Source: Candidatus Omnitrophota bacterium
GTDB lineage: Bacteria > Omnitrophota > Omnitrophia > Omnitrophales > Aquincolibacteriaceae
NCBI GenBank assembly: GCA_030698625.1
Contig: JAUYMS010000046.1
Location: 56,348-120,347 of the forward strand
Length of the DNA stretch: 64,000 nt
Direction of reading: 5' to 3'
Position numbers and translations under genes: made by a program. Shown here piece after piece: positions 18,104-28,031 of this stretch. Each line of letters begins with the position of its first letter. Within the stretch, counting starts at the first letter, position 1. Below the pieces are notes generated by a model, which worked only from the letters and a program-made list of their open reading frames with translations, was not told the origin of the DNA and ran no database searches.

Positions 18104-19678
18104 ATGGGAATCCTATTCGCATCCTCTAGCCGGTTTCGCCTCAAAAACGAGAATGTTGTCGTTGCCATTCTTGCTGCGGCGCTTGTCATTCTCACGCTTC
18201 TTATCTGCAGCTCCGACCTGTCGAGTCATTCCATCTGGCTGGACGAAGCCGAGACGAGATTTAATGCGGATAAAGACAAGTCGGTCGGCGAGGTTGTGAA
18301 TATGTATACGCGCCGCGGTTCGCCCCCCCTCTACTTTCTTGTGATTCACGAGGTCCTGAAGATTCGTGATGACGAGATCAGTTTGAGGATGCCGTCTGTC
18401 ATTTTCGGGGCGGGGCTCATCTTAGCCGTTTTTCTCCTGGCCCGAAAGCTCTTCGGTAATGGCGTGGGGTTTTTTGCCGCGCTTGCATTTTTTCTTTCAG
18501 ATAAATTCCTGCATCATGCCCGCGACGCGAATCCCTACACGATGTACGCCTTTCTCACCACTTTATCGACCTACTGCCTTTGGTGTGCCTGGGAGACGAG
18601 GCGCAAAAAGGACTGGCTTATTTACGCCGCCGTTGCGCTCCTGGCAGTGGGCACACACCTGTTTGCCGTGCTGTTTGTATTTGGGCAGATGGTCACATAT
18701 TTGTTTCTTATCCGGTTCTGGGAAATTTTCAAAATGAAGTCGCGCGAAGAGCTGAAAGCCTTTATTGAAAAAGAAAAGTGTTACTTTGTTGTGGCGGGTG
18801 TTTTTGGTGTGATTTCCGCGGCTTGGTTACTTTTCTACTTTGCGTCCGCGGGATCACGCCCGACGCATCTGTATGAAGAGGTCGTCTCCGCCTCGTTCTG
18901 GTTAGGTCTGGCAAAGAGCGCGTATTTTGCTTTCTTCCCGTTAAAGCGGTATCTCGTCTTTATTGTGCTAGGGCTGGCCTACTACATAATTTCCGACAGA
19001 GAGAAGGGGGCCTATGTCACGGCTGTGGCCGTAGTTCCCGCAATCTTACAAATCGCCGCACTCAGTACGGGCGCCGAAACAGCACCGCGTTATTTCATTA
19101 CGACGGCGCCGCTGCTCTACATTGTGGCGGCCTCAAGCATTCGATTGGGGCAGGTCCTTGTGGAGAAGGCCCGCGTTCACAAAGCGGTAGGCATCGGAAT
19201 AACGATGGCAACTCTCTTATTCTTTGTTCAACCCATGGTTCTTTACAAAGACACCATGAATCAGATTCTGCACAAGACGCGGAACTACAGTTGGCGTCAT
19301 ACGGCACAGTTGCTGGACCATCATGCCACCGAGAACGACATCATCTTGGTCTGTGCCGATTACATGATGTTGCCCCTGGAGTATTATTATAAGGGGTCCG
19401 TAGAGAGAATAGGAATTGAGAAGGACAATGACGACCCCGCTTATTTTAATAGAGTTGTGGATGCCAATTTAATTGGCAAACAAAGGGTTTGGCTCATCCT
19501 CTCACACGTTCGAGGGGATCAGCCGATCGTCGATTATCTTAATCATTTTAAGAGGAAGCTTCGCACCCAAAGCGGGGCGGAGTTTACGATTATGACAAGG
19601 CAGGTAGGGTTTAATCCGATGGCGGACATCGCCATTGTGATTTACGAGCTGGGAATCGCACCTGAGGTAGGAACTTAA
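18104..19678 (+). CDS. Polytopic membrane glycosyltransferase of the GT-C type (ArnT/PMT-like, GT39/83-like)
   Basis: 524 aa, about 11-13 hydrophobic helices in the N-terminal two-thirds plus a soluble C-terminal domain; adjacent to DPM1-like GT2 genes, as in lipid-linked sugar transfer systems. Confidence 0.5.
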   Translation: MGILFASSSRFRLKNENVVVAILAAALVILTLLICSSDLSSHSIWLDEAETRFNADKDKSVGEVVNMYTRRGSPPLYFLVIHEVLKIRDDEISLRMPSVIFGAGLILAVFLLARKLFGNGVGFFAALAFFLSDKFLHHARDANPYTMYAFLTTLSTYCLWCAWETRRKKDWLIYAAVALLAVGTHLFAVLFVFGQMVTYLFLIRFWEIFKMKSREELKAFIEKEKCYFVVAGVFGVISAAWLLFYFASAGSRPTHLYEEVVSASFWLGLAKSAYFAFFPLKRYLVFIVLGLAYYIISDREKGAYVTAVAVVPAILQIAALSTGAETAPRYFITTAPLLYIVAASSIRLGQVLVEKARVHKAVGIGITMATLLFFVQPMVLYKDTMNQILHKTRNYSWRHTAQLLDHHATENDIILVCADYMMLPLEYYYKGSVERIGIEKDNDDPAYFNRVVDANLIGKQRVWLILSHVRGDQPIVDYLNHFKRKLRTQSGAEFTIMTRQVGFNPMADIAIVIYELGIAPEVGT

Positions 19679-19689
19679 GGCAAAAAAAA

Positions 19690-19715
19690 TACCGGGTGCC
19701 CTTCGGCACCCGGTA
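19690..19715. terminator. Bidirectional rho-independent terminator (strong for the minus-strand groEL operon)
   Basis: Stem taccgggtgcc / ggcacccggta with cttc loop; an A8 run upstream gives a U8 tract on the minus transcript, TTTG on the plus side. Confidence 0.7.
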
Positions 19716-19737
19716 TTTGCAATACTTTCTACTGACT

Positions 19738-21333
19738 TTACTCTGCTTTGACTTTCTTTTCTTTCGGTTTTTCGGTGATGGCACACTCGGTTGTCAATAA
19801 CAGGCCGGCAATGCTGACCGCATTTTCAATCGCGGTACGCGCTACCTTGGCCGGATCAATAACACCTGCCTTCACCAAATCTTCGAACTTGCCCGTCTGA
19901 GCATTGAAACCGAAGCCGCCGCTCCCTTCCAGAATCTTACGCACGACAACGGAACCGTCAGAGCCTGCATTTTCTGCAATGCGGCGTGCGGGTTCCTGAA
20001 GCGCGCGGCGAATAATCTGAACGCCGGTTGCTTCGTCGCCTTTTAGCTTGAGCGTATCGACGGCTGCGATGGCACGTAGAAACACCACTCCACCACCAGC
20101 AACGACACCTTCCTGTATGGCCGCGCGGGTTGCATGCAGTGCATCTTCCATGCGAGCCTTCTTCTCCTTCATTTCAACTTCCGTCGCGGCACCGACTTTA
20201 ATCACGGCAACGCCGCCTGAAAGTTTGGCGAGACGCTCTTGCAGCTTTTCCTTGTCATACTCGGAATCCGAGTTGGCAATCTGGCCCTTGATCTGCTCAC
20301 AGCGGGCCTTGATGTCCTTCTGCGAACCGGCTCCGCCGACGATGGTCGTATTGTCCTTATCGATGACAACGCGCTGGGCCGTTCCGAGACTGTCGGTATC
20401 AACATTCTCGAGTTTGACGCCTAGATCTTCGGAGATGAACTTTCCTTTGGTGAGGACCGCAATGTCGTCCATCAACTGCTTGCGACGATCTCCGAATCCG
20501 GGGGCCTTGACGGCGGCAACGTTCAGCACGCCGCGAAGCTTATTGACGACCAAAGTCGCTAACGCTTCGCCCTCGAGATCCTCGGAAATAATCAGAAGCG
20601 GCTTAGCGAGACGGGCCACCTTCTCAAGAAGGGGAACCAGATCCCGAATGGCCGAAATCTTCTTTTCGAAGAGAAGGATGAGCGGTTCTTTGAGAACAAC
20701 TTCCATTCTCTCTGGGTCGGTCACAAAGTACGGTGAGCTGTAACCCCGATCGAACTCCATCCCTTCGACGTATTCCAGTTCTGTGTTCAGGGTCTTAGAC
20801 TCTTCAACGGTAATGACGCCGTCTTTTCCGACCTTTTCCAAAGCTTCGGCAAGGAGAGAACCAATGGTAGTGTCACTGTTGGCACTGATTGTTCCAATGG
20901 CTTGAATATCTTCCTTGCCCTTGATGTTCTTAGCAGACTTCTTGATGGACTCGACGACTATCAGCAGAGCCTTATCGAGACCGCGCTTCAGAGACATCGG
21001 GTTGGCGCCAGCCGAAACATTCTTCAGGCCTTCTTCGATAATGGCCTGTGCGAGAACGGTTGCGGTCGTAGTTCCGTCGCCGGCCTCGTCAGAGGTCTTT
21101 TCGGAAACCTCGCGAACCATTTGGGCACCCATATTCTCATAGGGGTCCTTTAGCTCGATTTCCTTGGCGACGGTGACGCCGTCTTTTGTTATGGTAGGCG
21201 CGCCGAACTTACGATCGATGACAACATTGCGCCCGCGCGGACCGAGTGTAATTCCTACGGTCTTCGCGAGCGTGTCGACACCGCGCTTAAGCTTACGGCG
21301 TGCGGACTCAGAAAATACTAATGTTTTTGCCAT
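19738..21333 (-). CDS. groL: Chaperonin GroEL (copy 1, no Gly-Met tail)
   Basis: 531 aa canonical GroEL; ends KEKKVKAE. Confidence 0.92.
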   Translation of the reverse strand: MAKTLVFSESARRKLKRGVDTLAKTVGITLGPRGRNVVIDRKFGAPTITKDGVTVAKEIELKDPYENMGAQMVREVSEKTSDEAGDGTTTATVLAQAIIEEGLKNVSAGANPMSLKRGLDKALLIVVESIKKSAKNIKGKEDIQAIGTISANSDTTIGSLLAEALEKVGKDGVITVEESKTLNTELEYVEGMEFDRGYSSPYFVTDPERMEVVLKEPLILLFEKKISAIRDLVPLLEKVARLAKPLLIISEDLEGEALATLVVNKLRGVLNVAAVKAPGFGDRRKQLMDDIAVLTKGKFISEDLGVKLENVDTDSLGTAQRVVIDKDNTTIVGGAGSQKDIKARCEQIKGQIANSDSEYDKEKLQERLAKLSGGVAVIKVGAATEVEMKEKKARMEDALHATRAAIQEGVVAGGGVVFLRAIAAVDTLKLKGDEATGVQIIRRALQEPARRIAENAGSDGSVVVRKILEGSGGFGFNAQTGKFEDLVKAGVIDPAKVARTAIENAVSIAGLLLTTECAITEKPKEKKVKAE

Positions 21334-21368
21334 AATGTGTGGCTCCTTTAGAGATTAGTCGGCAACGA

Positions 21369-21656
21369 TTATGCGTAAACAGCTAGGACTTCGCTCTCTT
21401 TGAGGATCTTATACTTCTTCCCCTCAACGAGGAGCTCATCACCCGCATATTTGCCAAAAATGATGCGGTCACCGGACTTCACTTCTAAAGGCTGAATTTT
21501 GCCTGACTCAAGTGCCTTACCGGGACCCACGGAAACGACCTTACCTTCGGTCTTTTCTTCCTTGGCGGTGTCCGGGAGAATAATGCCTCCCTTGGTCTTT
21601 TCATCGGATTCCAAAACTTCTACGAGGATCTTATCCCCTAACGGCTTAATCTTCAT
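21369..21656 (-). CDS. groS: Co-chaperonin GroES
   Basis: 95 aa canonical GroES. Confidence 0.92.
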   Translation of the reverse strand: MKIKPLGDKILVEVLESDEKTKGGIILPDTAKEEKTEGKVVSVGPGKALESGKIQPLEVKSGDRIIFGKYAGDELLVEGKKYKILKESEVLAVYA

Positions 21657-21713
21657 TTTTCACTCCTCCTATTAATTTAATTAAGGTAACTGGTTGAATT
21701 TATTTAGACGGTG

Positions 21714-23402
<1,689 letters not shown>

Positions 23403-23485
23403 TTATTACTGTAAATTGGCTTCTTGAAAAGAATGCTGAGATAAGCCCGACTGGAAATGGTGTTGCGGCCAGTTCTACAGAAGCA

Positions 23486-23512
23486 TTAGCACTCTCAGCC
23501 CTCGAGTGCCAG
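23486..23512. promoter_or_regulatory. CIRCE operator (HrcA binding site) of the groEL2-groES-groEL1 operon
   Basis: TTAGCACTC-N9-GAGTGCCAG versus consensus TTAGCACTC-N9-GAGTGCTAA. Confidence 0.7.
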
Positions 23513-23519
23513 ATGACGC

Positions 23520-23547
23520 ATTGTAGTCGAATTGGCTGAAAAATCAA
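23520..23547 (-). promoter_or_regulatory. Sigma70-type promoter for the groEL operon (TTGATT-16-TACAAT) immediately upstream of CIRCE
   Basis: Minus-strand reading TTGATTtttcagccaattcgacTACAAT, followed by CIRCE, the classic arrangement. Confidence 0.5.
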
Positions 23548-23605
23548 GAAATAATTTGGGATGGAGATTTTGGGTATTCCGTAAAAAGACGCGCCATTCG
23601 ATCAT

Positions 23606-24355
23606 TTAAGAACAGGCGCAATCCTTATAGATCATGAGGAGGGATTTGATTGAGTGTTTTGGGTCAAAGCGGTAGCGGCCCTTCATATAGGGAACCAAAT
23701 GCTGGGCATAGCCTCCGGTTAGAATGACCTTCAAATCTGTTCCCCTCTCGCTGCGGAATCGATCAATGATCCCCTCAGTCATAGCCGCAAATCCGTGCAG
23801 TACCCCAGACTGGAGACAGCCGTAGGTGTTTCGCGCTGTCAGGCTTGGTGCACGCCTTGGCAATGGCAGTGTCCGCGGCAAAAGGGCGGCTTTCTTGATG
23901 AGACTGTGGTAGGCAAGCTCGGGCCCCGGGATGATCATGCCGCCCTCAAAGACGCCCTTTTTTGAAACATAGTCCGCAGTAATGGCGGTGCCGAAGTCTA
24001 TTATGAGAAGCGGCGGCTTGTACATGCGGAGCGCCCCGTAGATATTGACCCTTCGATCCATACCTAAAGTCTTAAGTGGACGATACTTGTGAGGAAACAA
24101 CGGTTTGATGTCCTGACCCAACACCCAGATCTTCATGGGGCCTTTACTCCGCAGAGCTCTCTTTAAAAATAGCGTCATTTTTGGGACGACTGAACTTATT
24201 AAGCACTCACTATGCTCTGGCCTCCCACTTGACGACCATTTTTTTGATAGTTTTGGGATATCATCTTCAGTGGCTGAACCACTGGAAAGCATTCTCCCGC
24301 CATGGTAAACCCCATAGGTGACGGCTGTGTTTCCGATATCAAGGAGTATGGGCAT
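23606..24355 (-). CDS. coaX: Type III pantothenate kinase
   Basis: ILLDIGNT N-terminus, DFGTAIT motif, 249 aa. Confidence 0.75.
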   Translation of the reverse strand: MPILLDIGNTAVTYGVYHGGRMLSSGSATEDDIPKLSKKWSSSGRPEHSECLISSVVPKMTLFLKRALRSKGPMKIWVLGQDIKPLFPHKYRPLKTLGMDRRVNIYGALRMYKPPLLIIDFGTAITADYVSKKGVFEGGMIIPGPELAYHSLIKKAALLPRTLPLPRRAPSLTARNTYGCLQSGVLHGFAAMTEGIIDRFRSERGTDLKVILTGGYAQHLVPYMKGRYRFDPKHSIKSLLMIYKDCACS

Positions 24356-24884
24356 AAAGAGGGGCTAGGTCTTCTCGCAGTTGGGACAGAATTCTCTTAA
24401 GAAGCGGCTGTATGCGGTATTGCTGACCTCGCTCCGCAAACATGGAAGTGCTCCTTTTCCTTAGTGATTGGGGTGCCGCGCCGACATTGAGGCCGATACC
24501 GATAACCGCGCTTTGAAGTTGTCCGGCGGATGACGAGGCCTCCACTAAGATACCGCAGATTTTCTTGCCCTTGATAAGCAGATCATTTGGGCGCTTCAAG
24601 GTGGGGTGAAGACGATAGTGCTTCTTCAGAATCTTGGCCACCGAGCGGCAGGCGATCTGCGTCAGCATCGGCGCCTTGGCGGCCGTGACCGGCGGGCGGA
24701 CCAATACTGAAAAGAGCAAATTCTCATTCCTTTTCGAATACCACTTGCGGCCGAATCGGCCGCGCCCGAATTTCTGATAATCGGCAACCACGACCGTTCC
24801 TTCCGGCCGTCCTTCCCGGGCGTACTGACTCACAAGGGTGTTTGTGGAATCAAGCGATTTGAAATGTTCAATTTTGAAACGCAT
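24339..24884 (-). CDS. birA: Biotin--[acetyl-CoA-carboxylase] ligase (catalytic domain only, group I BirA)
   Basis: GRGRFGRKW motif; LDSTN; birA-coaX adjacency is common. Confidence 0.7.
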   Translation of the reverse strand: MRFKIEHFKSLDSTNTLVSQYAREGRPEGTVVVADYQKFGRGRFGRKWYSKRNENLLFSVLVRPPVTAAKAPMLTQIACRSVAKILKKHYRLHPTLKRPNDLLIKGKKICGILVEASSSAGQLQSAVIGIGLNVGAAPQSLRKRSTSMFAERGQQYRIQPLLKRILSQLREDLAPLYAHTP

Positions 24885-24899
24885 GTTATGTATGCTTTC

Positions 24900-26033
24900 C
24901 TACCCGTGGTATCTCGGAAGATGCGTTGCGAGGCGAGTGACGACTTCGTAAGGAATCGTATCTGCCCAGGAAGCCAGCTCTTCGACGCGGATGGAGTCGT
25001 CGCCATCCTCACCGATCAAGGTGACCGTGTCGCCGATTTGAACTGAGTGGTTTCCGAAATCTACGGCGAGATAGTCCATCGAAACGCGGCCGGCCAGGGG
25101 AAAACGCTTTCCGTCCAGAAGTACCGAGGCCCGGTTGGATGCCTTAAAAGGGTAGCCCTGACTGTAACCGAGCGGTACGAGCCCGATTGTGGTAGGTGTG
25201 GACGCGACAAAATCGCGCCCGTAACCGACTGTCTGCCCCGCCTTGGCGTGCTTGACCGATATGATTTTCGTCTTCAATGAAAGGATCCCGGAAAGCGCAA
25301 TGTCGCTCTCCAGCGAGGGGTCGGGATAAATACCGTACAGCATGAGACCCGGGCGGACCATATTAAAAATCGGGGAATGAACTTTGACACAACCGGCACT
25401 ATTGGCGCCGTGCCGATACTTGAAACGGATACCCTTGTGATCTAAGGCCTGCACGATCAACCCAAAATCGCGGACCTGCCTTTCAATAAATCCGTCCTCG
25501 CGTTCGGCTGTGGGGAAATGCGTGTAGATCCCCTCCAATTCGAGGGCGGGAAGGGCGGCAATGGCCTCGATGGCTTTGACGGCATCGCTGAAGGGGATTC
25601 CTAGTCGGCCCATGCCGGTATCCACCTTAATATGAATCGGACTGCGGCGCTTCAGGGCCTGCGACTGTTCCGAGATCTCCTTCGCCTCCTCCACGCTCGA
25701 AACCGTCAGTGTAATTCCTTCGGTCAGAGCCAGGGGGAGTTCGTCCTTGAGAATGCGCGAAAGAATGAAGACGGGAGATTCAAATTTGCTTTCTCTTAGT
25801 TTGAGGGCTTCTGCGAGCGAACTCACTCCGAAGTAGGCGACATTACCATCGAGAGCCCGCGCGATCTCGAGTATGCCGTGGCCATAGCCATTCGCCTTGA
25901 CGACGGCCATCACCTCGGTTGATGGCCTGCAGATTCGCCGGATCGCGTTTAGGTTTTTGATCAGGCGGTCCAGGCGGACTTCAATCCATGCACTGTGTTG
26001 AATTATCTGCTGAGACTCAGCCGTTCTTACCAC
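24900..26033 (-). CDS. alr: Alanine racemase
   Basis: AVVKANGYGHG PLP-binding motif, 377 aa. Confidence 0.8.
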   Translation of the reverse strand: MVRTAESQQIIQHSAWIEVRLDRLIKNLNAIRRICRPSTEVMAVVKANGYGHGILEIARALDGNVAYFGVSSLAEALKLRESKFESPVFILSRILKDELPLALTEGITLTVSSVEEAKEISEQSQALKRRSPIHIKVDTGMGRLGIPFSDAVKAIEAIAALPALELEGIYTHFPTAEREDGFIERQVRDFGLIVQALDHKGIRFKYRHGANSAGCVKVHSPIFNMVRPGLMLYGIYPDPSLESDIALSGILSLKTKIISVKHAKAGQTVGYGRDFVASTPTTIGLVPLGYSQGYPFKASNRASVLLDGKRFPLAGRVSMDYLAVDFGNHSVQIGDTVTLIGEDGDDSIRVEELASWADTIPYEVVTRLATHLPRYHG

Positions 26034-26736
26034 GAGATCGCTTTCTTTCGATGGGTTCCGGGTGTCTTATGTAAAAGGGCAAAAAATCCGCGGGCTTTCT
26101 CAGGCGCTTCAGCCGAGTCTTTTTATGCCCGAACCACTCGATCAAGGTTGAGGCCCGGGGGTACCAATAGGGCTCGGGGTAACACTCCGCAATATGTCCG
26201 TTACTGTGCTTCTCAACGACGTCCGCATAACGCCGCAGAGCATCCCCTGTGATACAGGATCCGGGAGGAAATTTTGCGATCATGTCCTGAGCGGCAACGG
26301 CTCCCGGCCGGCCTTTTGGTTCCCACTGACCTTTGTGTAAACGATAGAAACGGCCGTAAATCTGCTCTCGCCGCGCATCCAGGCAGACGCCCAGATCGGA
26401 AATTCTTTCACGGGGGATTCTGGCTGCAATCATATCCAAACTCAGAGCTCCATAGCAAGGCTTTTCCCGGGCGGCGAGAAATCCTTTAACGGCTGCGAAT
26501 GCAATCTTCAAACCTGTGAACGAACCGGGGCCGCGCCCGATCAAAAAGGCGTCAATATCGCCTATTTTGAGGGCGTTTTTGTTCAGCAGTTCGTCGATCA
26601 TGGGGAGCAGGTTTTTGGCGTGTTCCATAAAACCCTCCAGGCAGGTCTCAGAGGTCGTCTCGCTCCCTCTTTTGACGGCCACGCTCAGGACGGGGCTCGA
26701 GGTATCCATGGCTAGGAGGTTGGGTAGTGATTTCAT
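26017..26736 (-). CDS. tsaB: tRNA threonylcarbamoyladenosine biosynthesis protein TsaB (YeaZ)
   Basis: LAMDTSSPVLSVAV ... GRGPGSFTGLKI motifs. Confidence 0.7.
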   Translation of the reverse strand: MKSLPNLLAMDTSSPVLSVAVKRGSETTSETCLEGFMEHAKNLLPMIDELLNKNALKIGDIDAFLIGRGPGSFTGLKIAFAAVKGFLAAREKPCYGALSLDMIAARIPRERISDLGVCLDARREQIYGRFYRLHKGQWEPKGRPGAVAAQDMIAKFPPGSCITGDALRRYADVVEKHSNGHIAECYPEPYWYPRASTLIEWFGHKKTRLKRLRKPADFLPFYIRHPEPIERKRSRGKNG

Positions 26737-26790
26737 CGGTCGCTGTTCTCGAGTCTACAGCTTTTTTGAGGGCAGGCCGATATAATTCTT

Positions 26791-27150
26791 ATGTACCGCA
26801 AGTCCGACCTTAAGTTTTTCGCTACGTTTTCTATCATCGGTAATCTACTGATGCTGGCGGCTTTTCTGCTTATCATTATCTACCACTTCTATGTGGGAAA
26901 GGTTCTTTACCGTCAGCTGGCGATCTGTCTTCTGGTGGTATCGGTTTTCATGAAATTTCAGATTTTTATGCTCAAAATCTCAGTCTTGGAAATACGTCTC
27001 TCAAACCTCATTGAGGTCGGAGAGCGTCCCGGGAAAATCGCTTTCGGCTCCGGGATACTGGCGCTTATCCTCTATTCGATTCTCTTCTGGCTTACGTCGA
27101 TCGGCATCCTGCTGAGTCTCATGCCGGTAAACTGGTTTCAAGGCGGCTGA
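26791..27150 (+). CDS. Hypothetical small membrane protein (doubtful)
   Basis: 119-aa hydrophobic ORF in an AT-rich gap between two minus-strand genes; overlaps the 3' end of 27119-28000; no recognisable motif. Confidence 0.2.
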   Translation: MYRKSDLKFFATFSIIGNLLMLAAFLLIIIYHFYVGKVLYRQLAICLLVVSVFMKFQIFMLKISVLEIRLSNLIEVGERPGKIAFGSGILALILYSILFWLTSIGILLSLMPVNWFQGG

Positions 27151-28000
27151 GCATCGCCTGAACCCGGGCGGCCTCGTCGTTCTTTCCGCGCTTCGTCGCG
27201 CCACGGATATAAATTGCAGCCTTATCTTCTAGTGTTTCCGCCGCGGCACGCCGCTGCTCCGGTGTAAGGACATTTGAATTCAGGATGTTCACGAGCGCAC
27301 GAATGCGGAATTGATCCATAGCTTGATAGGCCTGTGATTGCTGATCACTGTGGCCTCCGTAGCGGATGACATGCGGGGACTCGATCAAGCCCACCGGAAA
27401 GCGGGATGCGATTCTGAGCCACAGGTCATAGTCTTCGCAGGCCGGAAACGTTTCGTCGAAGAGGCCGACCTCATCAAATAAGTCGCGTGCCATCATCACC
27501 GCCGACGGGCTGATGATACATAAAGGCAGACACCTCTCAAATATTTGTCCGCCGTATTTGCGATGTTTGTCCATGGGATTGACCCGGCGGCCGTTACGAA
27601 TCCATATCTCTTCGCTCTGGCATATCCGATAGTCCGGACGGCCTTCAAAAAATGAAAGCTGTGTTCTTAGCTTACGGGGCATCCATTCGTCGTCGGAATC
27701 AAGAAAGGCGATCCATGCTCCCGAAGCCTGCCTGATTCCCGTGTTCCTGGCCGCTGCCGGCCCCTGATTTTTCTGCCGGACATAAGTCACCGAAGGAAAT
27801 TCCGCGGCAATCATGGTTTCTGTGCCGTCAGTTGATCCGTCGTCGACAACAATGAGTTCGAACGCAACGGATTCCTGAGCCAAAACCGTCTCTAAAGCCC
27901 TGCGGAGTCTGGGTTTCCTGTTCCAAGTAGGGATAATGACGCTGACTTCGATCATGAGAAGGGCCATTATAAGCGAGATCGACTTATTCTTCACGCTCAA
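27119..28000 (-). CDS. Family 2 glycosyltransferase
   Basis: VSVIIPTWNR, VVDDGSTDGT, DSDDEW GT2 motifs; true start ambiguous (ATG at 28000, 27967 or 27955). Confidence 0.65.
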   Translation of the reverse strand: MSVKNKSISLIMALLMIEVSVIIPTWNRKPRLRRALETVLAQESVAFELIVVDDGSTDGTETMIAAEFPSVTYVRQKNQGPAAARNTGIRQASGAWIAFLDSDDEWMPRKLRTQLSFFEGRPDYRICQSEEIWIRNGRRVNPMDKHRKYGGQIFERCLPLCIISPSAVMMARDLFDEVGLFDETFPACEDYDLWLRIASRFPVGLIESPHVIRYGGHSDQQSQAYQAMDQFRIRALVNILNSNVLTPEQRRAAAETLEDKAAIYIRGATKRGKNDEAARVQAMLSRLETSLPA

Positions 28001-28031
28001 AAACCTTGCGGGAAATGACGTTAGTTAAGGC

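Noticed and set aside
20048-20743. 231-aa plus-strand ORF and other antisense ORFs inside the groEL genes (20202-20405, 22348-22722, 22828-23082, 21727-21948)
   Set aside because: Ala/Ser/Arg-rich shadow frames opposite conserved GroEL coding sequence
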